From NCBI RefSeq assembly GCF_001194135.2, contig NC_068987.1, forward strand, positions 81,838,597 through 81,902,596: a DNA stretch of 64,000 nt. Reading direction: 5' to 3'. The DNA is from Octopus bimaculoides. Taxonomy: Eukaryota. This document shows positions 50,456 through 62,640 of the stretch, one piece after another (the stretch's first letter is position 1; every line of letters begins with the position of its first letter). A model generated the notes under the pieces. That model was not told the origin of the DNA, searched no databases, and saw only the letters and a list, made by a program, of their open reading frames with translations. Position numbers and translations under genes: made by a program.

Positions 50456-51492
50456 CTAGAAGCAATTATTTAGCTAGCATTAGTTTTTTGGAGGGGTGTT
50501 ATACAAAAACAAGATTAATGCTGGTTGTCAGTTACTTTTGTAGGGTGCCACTTAAAATGTTCCAATTTATCATGTTTTCATATAATTACTTTATCTGCCA
50601 CCGCATTCTAAGATTAAGGACAACTGTTAACATGTGCAACTGTTCTATTTAGACTAAATAGGCAAGAATTTATTTGGAAAAATAAATAAATCATGAAGAA
50701 TAATGACTGAAGAACACTTTCCACCAAAGGAAAACAAACAGTCAAGTTAATGTTAAGAGATTTAAGGTGGTCATCATCCATGTTCTATGCTGGTATCAGT
50801 TGGATGGTTTAACAGGGTTTGATGGGCCCAGAGACTGCATCATACTCCAGTGTTTGTTTTAGCATGGTTTCTGTGACTGGATGTTCTTCCAAATGCCAAC
50901 TACTTTACAGCATGGATTGAGTGACCTTGCTTTTGTGTGACACCAGCACTACTAAGGTCACTATACAGCATGCATATAACTACACACTACGAGGGGACAG
51001 CTTTACACTTGGAGATCAGGGGTAAAAGTATAGGAGAAAGGACTATAACAGAATTGGTTTCTCACTGAAGAGGAACCACATGATAGTGACCATAAAAAAA
51101 AAATATTAAATTAGTAAACCTTAAATGATGAGGAAAAGAAATTAACTCTGTAAAGTGTTTGGTTTTAGGAAAGGCAACCAGCCATAGAAACTATGCCAAA
51201 TCAGATTGGAGTCTGGGGTAGCTCTCCAGCTTTGGTCAAACTGTCCAATCCATGCCAGCATGGACAATGGATGTTCAAAGATGATGTCTGCAAGAAATGG
51301 AGACAATTTTGGATATGTTTCCATCTTATTAGCCCTCATCAACAAAGTTTAGACTCAATTATACTTACTGAAGTACTGATGAGAGATCACTAAATACATG
51401 TATAATACTGTGTGCAAGAGACATCAAAATGTAGCAAATTTTAGGAAATATACCAAAGATTTATGATGTTAATTACTCAGACAGGTCCTCAC

Positions 51493-51552
51493 CATGAAGA
51501 CAAAGTCATTAAGTAATGTGTTAACATGTGTAATGAGGTGAGTAGTAAAGAT
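51493..51552 (-). CDS. Candidate exon (SLLLTSLHMLTHYLMTLSS)
   Basis: tttctaattag|60 nt|gtgagg; phase 2-2 fits both neighbours. Confidence 0.3.
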
Positions 51553-51903
51553 CTAATTAGAAATACATTTGCAGAAATGTAAAGACATTTTCTCACTGAA
51601 TAATATTGTTTTAATCTGTTACCAATGCACAATTTTCTTATTTTTTTTAATAAAAGGGTTAAGTGAAGTTATGCAAGTGTCTCGTCAGAGATACAGTTTA
51701 ATCATTCTTAATTACAATAGTTTGTACAATAGACAAATAGGCTGGTGTGTTCAGTAAGAATATAAAAGTTAAGAGTTATTGAGTCAAGTATAAAAATTCT
51801 ATATTTATTAAGGCTCAGGACCAGAAATAAAAGGCATTTGGTAAGCTACAAAGGGCAGGATAAAAGGAAATGAGAGTTTAAGATGTTTTTGTGTTTACGT
51901 TAC

Positions 51904-51990
51904 TGGTCTGCTTTTGCTATTTGGCCCAGTTCATCATCATTGAGCTGACTCGTGATCAAACACATCCCATATATTTTTGTATGCCTGGGG
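51904..51990 (-). CDS. Candidate exon (PRHTKIYGMCLITSQLNDDELGQIAKAD)
   Basis: ttatag|87 nt|gtaacg; phase 2-2; in-frame stop immediately inside the intron. Confidence 0.3.
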
Positions 51991-52204
51991 CTATAATAGT
52001 AAGCTGGCAGAATCTTAAATTTTTACTGGAATTTCTTTTGGCTCTCTATGTTCTGAGTACTATGTTGCCTTTCAGATTTCATTTCGATAAAAGGAAGTTC
52101 CAATCAGGTACTCCTGTCAACATCGTCGACTTACCCCATTTCAAGTCCTTCCATTTCAGAACACCAACCCCTTGGAATCCCCCCCCCCCCCCTGTCTATG
52201 TTTC

Positions 52205-52700
52205 CTACAATTGATCAAAGCATCAGCAACAATGCCAATCTCATTGATGTTGACGAAACTCATGAAGGCCATGGGCACTACATCACTTTCTCACTCAAGA
52301 ATAGTCTGTGAAAAAAGAAGCTTTTTGAAAACTATTAGGCATAAATTCACCACAGGGTCCAGTGTGGTGGCTTGTATGCATCAATGACCCTAAGAGCAAT
52401 ACCAGCAGAGCACAAGTTCTTGGGAGGAGACCCTATACTGGACAGATACATGCCAGATTAATATGGACCACCTCTTCCCAGAGATAGAAATGGGTTTGTG
52501 TAAGGTGAGCACTTTTACCTGTAAAAAAAGGCAAAGTTACAGAAGTATCAGTGACAACAAGACTTGGGAGAGAAAAGTCTTCTCTCAGGGAAACATGAGA
52601 AAGTAAGGATCCAACTGGAAAGAAGCAAAAAAAAAAAGACAGCCTGGATTTGAGAAGAATGAAGAAAAGGCGTTGATGGTCTTTCCTCCAAATGGTGTGA
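52205..52700 (+). mobile_element. Possible heavily decayed L1/Tx1-type APE endonuclease remnant
   Basis: In order: EGHGHYI, LYAS(N)D, FLGGD, LDRY, MDH, resembling GRY/YAPN/GGDFN/RLDR/SDH; multiple frameshifts. Confidence 0.3.
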
Positions 52701-52825
52701 AGGGCACAAGTAACTACATATAAATGGTACATTTAATATTTAGATGGTATTTCATTATATATATCATTCAAAATTCAAGATGTAGATGAAAGAAAACAAA
52801 AACATGATATGTTAATAGATAATTG

Positions 52826-53200
52826 GCGCAGGAGTGGCTGTGTGGTAAGTAGCTTGCTTACCAACCACATGGTTCTAGGTTCAGTCCCACTGCATGGCAC
52901 CTTGGGTAAGTGTCTTCTACTATAGCCTCGGGCAGACCAAGGCTGTGTGAGTGGAATTGGTAGACGGAAACTGAAAGAAGCCCGTTGTATATATGTATTT
53001 GTGTGTCTGTGTTTGTCCCGCCAACATCGCTTGACAACCGATGCTGGTGTGTTTACGTCCCCGTAACTTAGCGGTTCGGCAAAAGAGACTGATAGAATAA
53101 GTACTAGGCTTACGAAGAATAAGTCCTGGGGTCGATTTGCTTGATTAAAGGCGGTGCTCCAGCATGGTCGCAGTCAAAATGACTGAAATAGTAAAAGAGT
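52826..53200 (+). mobile_element. SINE family A, full length and young
   Basis: ggcgcaggagtggctgtgtgg...gtaaaagagta. Confidence 0.92.
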
Positions 53201-53638
53201 AACTATTGTATTTGACAGCATTGAAGATGAATTTCTTCCAAAATAACTGTCTCAAAAACTCACCCTGTGCCCTATATGTGAAGACAGGCCTCCCATAAGC
53301 TTTAATGCACTAAAAATTTTTTCCCTCTTGAATATGCATTGCTGGAGGTGGTATGCCCCTAATATTCTCATGTCTTTTGTGCCATCAGATACAGAAGTGA
53401 TAAAAATGATATGGAAGAAAATGATATCTTAGCGCTGGTTCATGGAAGATTTTATTATGAAAAATTTGTTCAATATGATCTGAGAGAAAGGAGTCCCTTT
53501 TTTTTCCCCACCCAAATGTTTAAATGTCTGAGGTGAGCTAGGGTTCAGGAAAGGTGCATTCATGTCACAACCTTTAAATCAGCCAATCAGTGAGCTCAAA
53601 TATAAAAAAAAAAGTGCAATTTAAATAGGATGTTAATA

Positions 53639-53845
53639 TAGTAATCCCTAGATTATCGCAGGCGTTACATTCCAAAACTCCTTGCAATAGGTGAAAATCT
53701 GCAAAGTAGAAACAGTACTGTATATCTAACATTATTAGTATTATTATTATTATAATTTGTGTATATCTATTTTATTATAAATGCGAAACAACACCACAGA
53801 AGAATTAACTTAAATAATAACCACGATATGGTGAGGGATTTATTG
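53639..53845. mobile_element. Tigger-like MITE, second copy
   Basis: Homologous to 19868-20096. Confidence 0.7.
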
Positions 53846-53894
53846 TATTCTGAAAAGTGATAACCATAGCAAGTTATTTTTCTTTTTTTTTTTT

Positions 53895-54270
53895 TAACTT
53901 GTTTTAGTTATTGGACTACAGCTTTGATAGAGGTACTGCTTTGAAGGGGTTTTGCTAAACAAATCAATTCTAGTACTTATTTTTTGGGAGTGAGGTACTT
54001 ATCTCAGTCTCTTTTGCCTGAACCACTAAGTTATAGGGACATAAACAAACCAACAGCAATTGTTGAATGATGTGGGGGAACAAACACAAAGACACACACC
54101 TGCATACAATGGGTATCCACACATTTTCCCTCTACCAAACTCATTCACAAAGCAATAATTGGCCCAGGGCTCAGGTAGAAGACACTTGTTCAAAGCATCA
54201 TACAGTAGGACAGAACCCAAAACCAAATGGCTGCAAAGCAAGCTCATGAATCACACAACCATGCCTGAAC
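53895..54270 (-). mobile_element. SINE family A, diverged
   Basis: gaaccactaagttatagggacataaac...agaagacacttg. Confidence 0.7.
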
Positions 54271-54664
54271 CCAGATATAATAGACTATCAAATCAGTTTC
54301 AATATATGAGGTTCCAACACCCTACACTTTCTTTATAAGTCATAATGCTCAAATGTGACATTCAAATCCTGCACACGATTTGCAAAGAAACCCACATGTT
54401 GCAAGTGTGAGGATTATCAGTCAGTGAAGGTGGTATATTTGTAGCCACTTTTCACCATTGCCTTACACCCCAAAGATTGTTAATATTGGTTGAAACAATG
54501 TCTCTTGTACCATTTTGATACAGCAATCTCCATTCTGTTTACTTAAAGGTTTTGTGAGCTGTGCTAAAACACATACACAAGTCTGGTGCAGTCATTTGCC
54601 TGGCCAGCCAGCATGGAAGGCAAATGTTAAACAATGAAGAAGATTTTATATATATATATATATA

Positions 54665-54945
54665 CATCATCATCATCGTTTAACTTCCACCTTCGATGCC
54701 AATATGGGTTGGACAATTTGACTGAGGACTGGTGAACCAGATGGCTGCGCCAGGCTCCAATCTGATCTGGCAGAGTTTCTACAGCTGGATGCCTTTCCTA
54801 ACACCAACCACTCCGAGAGTGTAGTGGGTACTTTTACGTGCCACCGGCATGAAGGCCAGTCAGGCGGTACTGGCAACGGCCACACTTAAAATGGTGTATT
54901 TTACGTGCCACCTGCACAGGAGCTAGTCCAGCGGCACTGGCAATG
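54665..54945 (-). mobile_element. RTE 3'-UTR (family C)
   Basis: Matches family C. Confidence 0.88.
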
Positions 54946-55430
54946 TATTTTGTATATATATATACATATAGGGGGTTTAGTCCACAGGTGATCTAAACGA
55001 TTAGGTACGCTAGGTAGGTGCTATAACAGATTACTCGGGCTCCAAGGTTACAGCCAAAACAGTAGTTACTGAGCCAATCATATATATATAATGACTTGAC
55101 TTGTCCTTTTAGTTGAAAGTCATCTGTTATTCTTGTTTTTATTTGTAATCGTGTAACATTTTCTGTTTTCTTTTGTCCGTGTTGTCGCACATATTCGCCC
55201 ACTTTCTTCCATAAATTGAATGCCCTTAGCTTAGATTTTTGAGGCCTACCAATTTTGAACGGTTTCAAGTGTAACAGGTCGAAACTGTAGTGATAATTGG
55301 AAACTTGACTGATGAATAGAAAGCCATGAATGTTCTGTCCTGGTTTTCCTGTCCATCTTTGTATCGTTCATCTGTCCATATGTTTTCATTGTTGTCTGTT
55401 ACGTTCTTGTACTGCTTTTTGGATTTATAA

Positions 55431-55459
<29 letters not shown>

Positions 55460-55461
<2 letters not shown>

Positions 55462-55685
55462 GGAGTGGCTGGGTGATAAGACACATAAAAATGTCTTGGC
55501 TGTGTAGTAAGGAGCTTGCTTCCCAACCACATGGTTCCGGGTTCAGTCCCATCAAGTGGCACCTTGGCCAAGTGTCTTCTACTATAGCCTCATACCATCC
55601 AAACCCATGTGAGTGAATTTGGTAGACGGAAACTGAAAGAAGCTTGTCGTATATATGTATGTGTTTGTCCCCATCACCATTGCTT
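55460..55685 (+). mobile_element. SINE family A, 5' half
   Basis: Head and CORE-like segment present. Confidence 0.8.
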
Positions 55686-55854
55686 GCACTGACAATAAGA
55701 AAGTGTATTTTGTACACTAACTATGAAATCACGTTTTGTGACTGAATCTATTTTTAAGAGCTTGCTTCAGTACACTGTATTTATTATGGTAGTTTTGACT
55801 TTAAGAGTCCCTCATAGCATGAGGCATTTATGTGTAGTAATGCCCTTAATATAT

Positions 55855-56240
55855 ATACTCTTTACTTGTTTCAGTCATTTGACTGCGGCCATGCTGGGGC
55901 ACCGCTTTTAGTCGAGAAAATTGACCCCAGGACTTATTCTTTGTGAGCCTAGTACTTATTCTTTCGGTCTCTTTTTGCTGAACCACTAAGTTACGGGGAT
56001 GTAAACACACCAGCATCGGTTGTCAAGCGATGGTGGGGGGACAGACACACAAACACACACACACATATATGCATATATACGAGTGGCTTCTTTCAGTTAC
56101 CGTCTACCAAATCCACTTACAAGGCTTTGGTCGGCCCGAGGCTATAGTAGAAGACACTTGTCCAAGGTGCCACGCAGTGGGACTGAACCCAGAACCATGT
56201 GGTTGGTAAGACGCTACTTACCACACAGCCACTCCTGCGC
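55855..56240 (-). mobile_element. SINE family A, full length
   Basis: Reverse complement of family A. Confidence 0.92.
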
Positions 56241-56676
56241 TTTAAATATATTTAAAGGGAATAATTAAGAATCTTTCTCTTATAAGGTTTTTCACGCTAT
56301 CTACTTGATATATTCTTATAAAGATTTTATCCTATTTTAAAATGTTATATATATATATATATTATGTATGTATATATAAAGTATTTTGTGATGGAGTGTG
56401 TTTCTATCATTTCAGATCTCCATACATGTTTAGAACTAAACTCCGAATGCATGTACTTTAACATCATCAGTCATCAGCTCATATATAATGGCCATTGATA
56501 GAACCCTTATGTAGTGGCTAGTAACCCAACAATGTATTATCTTGGCAGTTTCAAATTTTTATGGTACCGTGTTAATCTTGGGTAAATAATATTAGGTGCA
56601 GTGGTTTGTAGGTTTGAATAACTTTTAGATATGCCTGAAAAACTACCTCAGCTAGTCTAAGTCAAATAAAACAAGG

Positions 56677-56848
56677 GGTGCAGGAGTGGCTGTGAGGTAA
56701 GTAGCTTGCTTACCAACCACATGGTTCCAGGTTCAGTCCCACTGCGTGGCATCTTGGGCAAGTGTCTTCTACTATAGCCTCGGGCCAACCAAAGCCTTGT
56801 GAGTGAATTTGGTAGATGGAAACTGAAAGAAGCCCATCGTATATATGT
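56677..56848 (+). mobile_element. SINE family A, 5' half running into a gap
   Basis: Head and CORE-like segment present. Confidence 0.88.
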
Positions 56849-57789
56849 NNNNNNNNNNNNNNNNNNNNNNNNNNNNNNNNNNNNNNNNNNNNNNNNNNNN
56901 NNNNNNNNNNNNNNNNNNNNNNNNNNNNNNNNNNNNNNNNNNNNNNNNNNNNNNNNNNNNNNNNNNNNNNNNNNNNNNNNNNNNNNNNNNNNNNNNNNNN
57001 NNNNNNNNNNNNNNNNNNNNNNNNNNNNNNNNNNNNNNNNNNNNNNNNNNNNNNNNNNNNNNNNNNNNNNNNNNNNNNNNNNNNNNNNNNNNNNNNNNNN
57101 NNNNNNNNNNNNNNNNNNNNNNNNNNNNNNNNNNNNNNNNNNNNNNNNNNNNNNNNNNNNNNNNNNNNNNNNNNNNNNNNNNNNNNNNNNNNNNNNNNNN
57201 NNNNNNNNNNNNNNNNNNNNNNNNNNNNNNNNNNNNNNNNNNNNNNNNNNNNNNNNNNNNNNNNNNNNNNNNNNNNNNNNNNNNNNNNNNNNNNNNNNNN
57301 NNNNNNNNNNNNNNNNNNNNNNNNNNNNNNNNNNNNNNNNNNNNNNNNNNNNNNNNNNNNNNNNNNNNNNNNNNNNNNNNNNNNNNNNNNNNNNNNNNNN
57401 NNNNNNNNNNNNNNNNNNNNNNNNNNNNNNNNNNNNNNNNNNNNNNNNNNNNNNNNNNNNNNNNNNNNNNNNNNNNNNNNNNNNNNNNNNNNNNNNNNNN
57501 NNNNNNNNNNNNNNNNNNNNNNNNNNNNNNNNNNNNNNNNNNNNNNNNNNNNNNNNNNNNNNNNNNNNNNNNNNNNNNNNNNNNNNNNNNNNNNNNNNNN
57601 NNNNNNNNNNNNNNNNNNNNNNNNNNNNNNNNNNNNNNNNNNNNNNNNNNNNNNNNNNNNNNNNNNNNNNNNNNNNNNNNNNNNNNNNNNNNNNNNNNNN
57701 NNNNNNNNNTATATATATATATATATATATTGATAGAATGGTCAACAAAAGAAAGAAAGAGACCTCGATATTATGTAAATAGAGGAATT

Positions 57790-58081
57790 TATCTGTAAAA
57801 ATGTGACACTTATTCAGTAGCCATGATAAAACTGAGTTTCGGATGCCGGGGTGGGAACCCATGCCGCCATCTCAGTTGTCCGGCCATTGAAAATTCCCAT
57901 GAAAAATGGCCGTTTAACAAAGGGAAATTACTGTATGGTTGACCATTATTAAGACAAAAGAGCTATGGACTGCTAAGTAAGGGGAGGGAGTAGGAAAGTC
58001 TATAGTGTTCGCGTAAGCGCACCAATCTGTATATGTATATAATCAACCACATTCGCTTGAAACACACACATTCTCACCAAA

Positions 58082-58120
<39 letters not shown>

Positions 58121-58514
58121 TCTGCATACACCCACACACACATGCACTCAACACCCTCGCACCCAAAAAAATCACAGGGCTAAAAGCAAAATACTGAAGA
58201 AAGTGTGAAAAAGCTATAAGGTTAAAACGCTTCTATATGCGCATATTTTGACATGCACGCACATACATCTATATACACACGTACCCGCACATAAGGTTCG
58301 ATGTACGCATCTATAGACATACAGGAAGAAAGCAGGGTGGAGGGGAGAATACAGAAAAAAATATATGTGGAAAATATACAAAACATTATCTCTATAAATA
58401 TGTAAAAAAATATTTAAAAAATATATAAGAAAACTAAGTAAAGTTCCCACCCTGGCATCCGAAACTCAGAGTTTTATCATGGTTACCGGATAAGTGTCAC
58501 ATATTTTTACAGAT
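57790..58514. mobile_element. Element bounded by ~70-bp inverted repeats (PLE-like inversion or TIR element)
   Basis: tatctgtaaaaatgtgacacttat...gtttcggatgccggggtgggaac mirrors gttcccaccctggcatccgaaactcag...gtgtcacatatttttacagata. Confidence 0.7.
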
Positions 58515-58656
58515 ATATATATATATATATATATATATANNNNNNNNNNNNNNNNNNNNNNNNNNNNNNNNNNNNNNNNNNNNNNNNNNNNNNNNNNNNN
58601 NNNNNNNNNNNNNNNNNNNNNNNNNNNNNNNNNNNNNNNNNNNNNNNNNNNATATA

Positions 58657-58874
58657 TAGAAGGTGACCCAAAAATAGGTTTACAGTTATGATGTCGGTAC
58701 TTTAAATTTCTTCTAAAACATTTTATTACATTTAAATTTCTATCTTAGAATTAACTGAATTAGCATAGAGTAATGGTTTCATGTTTTTTTTTTTATGATT
58801 AAGATCTAAACTGTTAATCTATGAATGTGAAAGAGATAGTGGAATAACTGTAAACCTACTTTTGGGCCACCCTG
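58657..58874. mobile_element. Tc1/mariner-type MITE (~218 bp)
   Basis: ggtgacccaaaaataggtttacagttat / ataactgtaaacctacttttgggccaccctg|ta. Confidence 0.8.
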
Positions 58875-58882
58875 TACGTGTA

Positions 58883-58914
<32 letters not shown>

Positions 58915-58919
<5 letters not shown>

Positions 58920-59365
58920 TGAGAGACACACACAACGGTCTTCTTTTCAGTTTCTGTCTACCAAATCCACTCAAGGCTTTGGTCGTCCTAAGGTTATAGT
59001 AAAAGACACTTGCTCTAGGTGCCACGCATTGGGACTGAACCTGGAACCATGTGGTTGGAAAGCAAGCTTCTTATCACAGCCATACCTGCACCTATATATA
59101 CACACACACACACACACAGAGGCTTCTTTCAGTGTCTGTCTACCATATCCACTTACAAGGCTTTGGTTAACCTGAGGCTACAGCAGAAGAGCAGAGACAG
59201 ACGCAAACACACGCACTATAGGTTTCCGCATAACTTCCATCTACTAAATTCACTCAAGGCTTTGGTCAACCCAGGGTTATATTAGAAAGCTCTTGCCAAG
59301 GTGCTGTGATGTGGGACTGAACTCAAAACCACGTGGCTGCAAATTGAGCTTCTTAACTGCATAGT
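58915..59365 (-). mobile_element. Cluster of 2-3 SINE family A 5' fragments
   Basis: Repeated ttctttcagt..ctaccaaatccactcacaaggctttgg segments. Confidence 0.75.
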
Positions 59366-59678
59366 CATGTTTAGCATTTGTATTTTTCTTTTAAAGTGAA
59401 ATATTACCAAATATGTGGTTGTTTAAAAAAAAAAAAATCTGTATCAAAAGTCGTACACAGTGGGTTAACAGAATTAAATAGTTATGTCTATCGGAACAGG
59501 AAAAAAATTAAAACATGTTACTCTGTAGAAACTGAGATGGAAAATACCAAGCAAACATTTACTGTTTTGATTAGAATCTAGACAGAGATACTAATGCAGT
59601 ACCGTATTGGTAACTAATGTATGTGGTGACTAAAGACTGGAATGACGCTGTTTTATGACAAACCTGCTCAATTCATAC

Positions 59679-59719
59679 CTGTATGGAAACAGCAGGTGGA
59701 AACGGTGATCATTTGAAAT
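59679..59719 (-). CDS. Candidate exon (ISNDHRFHLLFPY)
   Basis: Strong donor CAG|gtatga; phase 2 end fits 51990; acceptor weak (alternative start 59736). Confidence 0.2.
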
Positions 59720-60299
59720 CTTCAGATTTATACAAACTTGTATATATCAATGCATAACATATATACGTGTGTCTATATTTATGTGTGCATATCATCATCA
59801 TCATCATCATCGTTTAACGTCCGCTTTCCATGCTAGCATGGGTTGGACGATTTGACTGAGGACTGGTGAAACCGGATGGCAACACCAGGCTCCAATATGC
59901 ATGAGTGTACATATACATCTTACATTATATTTAAAATTAAACTTACATATACTCTTTACTCTCTTTTACTTGTTTCAGTCATTTGACTGCGGCCATGCTG
60001 GAGTCAAATGGTGTTGATTTTGTAATGTACCACCCCTCCCCCCAATAATTTAGCAGTTTGGCCAAACTGATTATTAAAATATTAAAAAAGAATAAAAATA
60101 AGTATTGGGGCTGATTCATTAGACTGAAAATTCTTCAAAGCAGTGCTCCAGCATGACCGNNNNNNNNNNNNNNNNNNNNNNNNNNNNNNNNNNNNNNNNN
60201 NNNNNNNNNNNNNNNNNNNNNNNNNNNNNNNNNNNNNNNNNNNNNNNNNNNNNNNNNNNNNNNNNNNNNNNNNNNNNNNNNNNNNNNNNNNNNNNNNNC

Positions 60300-60627
60300 G
60301 TGGCACCTTGGGCAAGTGTCTTCTACTATAGCCTCGGGCTAACCAAAGTCTTGTGAGTGGATTTCTTAGACGGAAACTGAAAGAAGCCCGTCATATATAT
60401 GTGTGTGTTTGTGTGTGTATATGTTTGTGTGTCTGTATTTGTCTCCCCAACATCGCTTGACAACCGATGCTGGTGTGTTTACGTCCCCGTAACTTAGCGG
60501 TTCGACAGAAAGAGACCGATAGAATAAGTACTAGGCTTACAAAGAACAAGTCCTGGGGTCGATTTGCTTGACTAAAGGCGGTGCTCCAGCATGGCCACAG
60601 TCAAATGACTGAAACAAGTAAAAGAGT
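60300..60627 (+). mobile_element. SINE family A, 3' part after a gap
   Basis: Matches family A. Confidence 0.9.
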
Positions 60628-60764
60628 ATATACACACACACAAACATACATGTGTATATGTATATCATGTAAGTTTATTTTTCAATCAATTTACATCCAT
60701 TTTGCCACATTAGCATCAGCTGAGACAAATACAGTACTGAGGTGGCATTGTTTTACAACCTGAT

Positions 60765-60996
60765 ATCATGGAACAAACTATCTGCATCAGTTGTTAGTTG
60801 CCGAGACACTGCATCCTTTAAAACCTCCATGCTTCCTGAAATTTGCCAACACTACACCTGATATCCCCCCTCACCTGCCTTCATACACATGCACACATGT
60901 ATATCATGATTCATAAACTGTTTTGTACGAAATTCTATGTACCATACATGTACCTTTGAAGAGTTGTAGCACACCTGAGCACTATACACAATAATT

Positions 60997-61025
<29 letters not shown>
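60765..61025 (+). mobile_element. CR1/L2-type LINE 3' end with (ATT)n tail
   Basis: Homologous to 42860-43110. Confidence 0.8.
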
Positions 61026-61028
<3 letters not shown>

Positions 61029-61029
61029 T

Positions 61030-61322
61030 CAGGCATTGAGTTCAAATTCCGCCAAGAGTGACTTTGCTTTTCATCCTTTCGGGGTCGATAAATTAAGTAC
61101 CAGTGGCATACTGGGGATCAATCTAATTCACTTGGCCCCTCCCACGAAATTTCAGGCCTTGTGCCTAGAATAGAAAAGATAATTACTAAGATGGCAAGCT
61201 GGCATAACGATTAGCACGCTGGGCGAAATGCTTAGTATTTCATCTGCCACTACATTCTGAGTTCAAATTCCACCAAGGTTGACTTTGCCATTCATCCTTT
61301 TGGGGTCAATAAATTAAGTACC
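61030..61322 (+). mobile_element. Two head-to-tail SINE family B fragments
   Basis: Family B central domain occurs twice. Confidence 0.8.
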
Positions 61323-61323
61323 C

Positions 61324-61645
61324 TCTCCTGTAGAGAAATTACATGTCTTTTGTTAGGATCAGGGTGACTACTTTGTAGGGTTTCCTGCTCACTGGTCCTA
61401 CACTGACAGGTACGAGCACAAATCCCCCTAAAACATATGCAGCCTTGCACCATGGTCATGTAAATACAAGTGACAGTTGGTGCATTGCAGGCGGTTGTTG
61501 GAGAGCGCTCTTGCAGTACAAGCAGAATCTTTGATCAGCGAAGCATAACATGGTTCTCAACTGAGCGTATCTTATTCCAGATCAGTGATAAGCAATGTTA
61601 TATGAATCTGTCTACGTAGAAAAGTAAATATTGGATATTGTAGTT
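61324..61645. repeat. 322-bp direct duplicate of 63673-63994
   Basis: No difference found by eye; first copy abuts an N-gap. Confidence 0.9.
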
Positions 61646-62181
61646 NNNNNNNNNNNNNNNNNNNNNNNNNNNNNNNNNNNNNNNNNNNNNNNNNNNNNNN
61701 NNNNNNNNNNNNNNNNNNNNNNNNNNNNNNNNNNNNNNNNNNNNNNNNNNNNNNNNNNNNNNNNNNNNNNNNNNNNNNNNNNNNNNNNNNNNNNNNNNNN
61801 NNNNNNNNNNNNNNNNNNNNNNNNNNNNNNNNNNNNNNNNNNNNNNNNNNNNNNNNNNNNNNNNNNNNNNNNNNNNNNNNNNNNNNNNNNNNNNNNNNNN
61901 NNNNNNNNNNNNNNNNNNNNNNNNNNNNNNNNNNNNNNNNNNNNNNNNNNNNNNNNNNNNNNNNNNNNNNNNNNNNNNNNNNNNNNNNNNNNNNNNNNNN
62001 NNNNNNNNNNNNNNNNNNNNNNNNNNNNNNNNNNNNNNNNNNNNNNNNNNNNNNNNNNNNNNNNNNNNNNNNNNNNNNNNNNNNNNNNNNNNNNNNNNNN
62101 NNNNNNNNNNNNNNNNNNNNNNNNNNNNNNNNNNNNNNNNNNNNNNNNNNNNNNNNNNNNNNNNNNNNNNNNNNNNNNNNN

Positions 62182-62271
<90 letters not shown>

Positions 62272-62640
62272 CATATATATGTATATGCATGTGTGTGCAA
62301 TGTAAAGTTGATAAAGTTTATATAATGTACATCTTTTCCCTCATGTATATACACATACACACATATCTATACATATACACACACATTTATTCTTATACAC
62401 ATACACACATATACATACACATCTATACATATACACACATCTATTCCTATACACAAACACACATGCATACATACATACACACCTATACATGCACACACAC
62501 ACACACACCTTTACACACATGCACACACACACACCTATAAACATACATGCATGCACACATCTATACATATGCACATACATCTATACATATGCACAGACAT
62601 CTGTCAATATGCAAACATGTCTATATACATACATATATAA
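62182..62640. repeat. (TG)n plus mixed CA/TA low-complexity region
   Basis: Directly visible. Confidence 0.9.

Noticed and set aside
52215-52311. Minus-strand 'exon' with a strong acceptor and in-frame TGA (TILE*ESDVVPMAF...), tempting as Sec or A-to-I stop repair
   Set aside because: Its phase does not fit the neighbouring candidate exons, and the plus strand is better explained as a decayed L1/Tx1 endonuclease. No SECIS or editing evidence is visible.
1577-62360. Long ORFs in the track made of X, YI/HT/CV repeats
   Set aside because: Artefacts of N-gaps and dinucleotide microsatellites.
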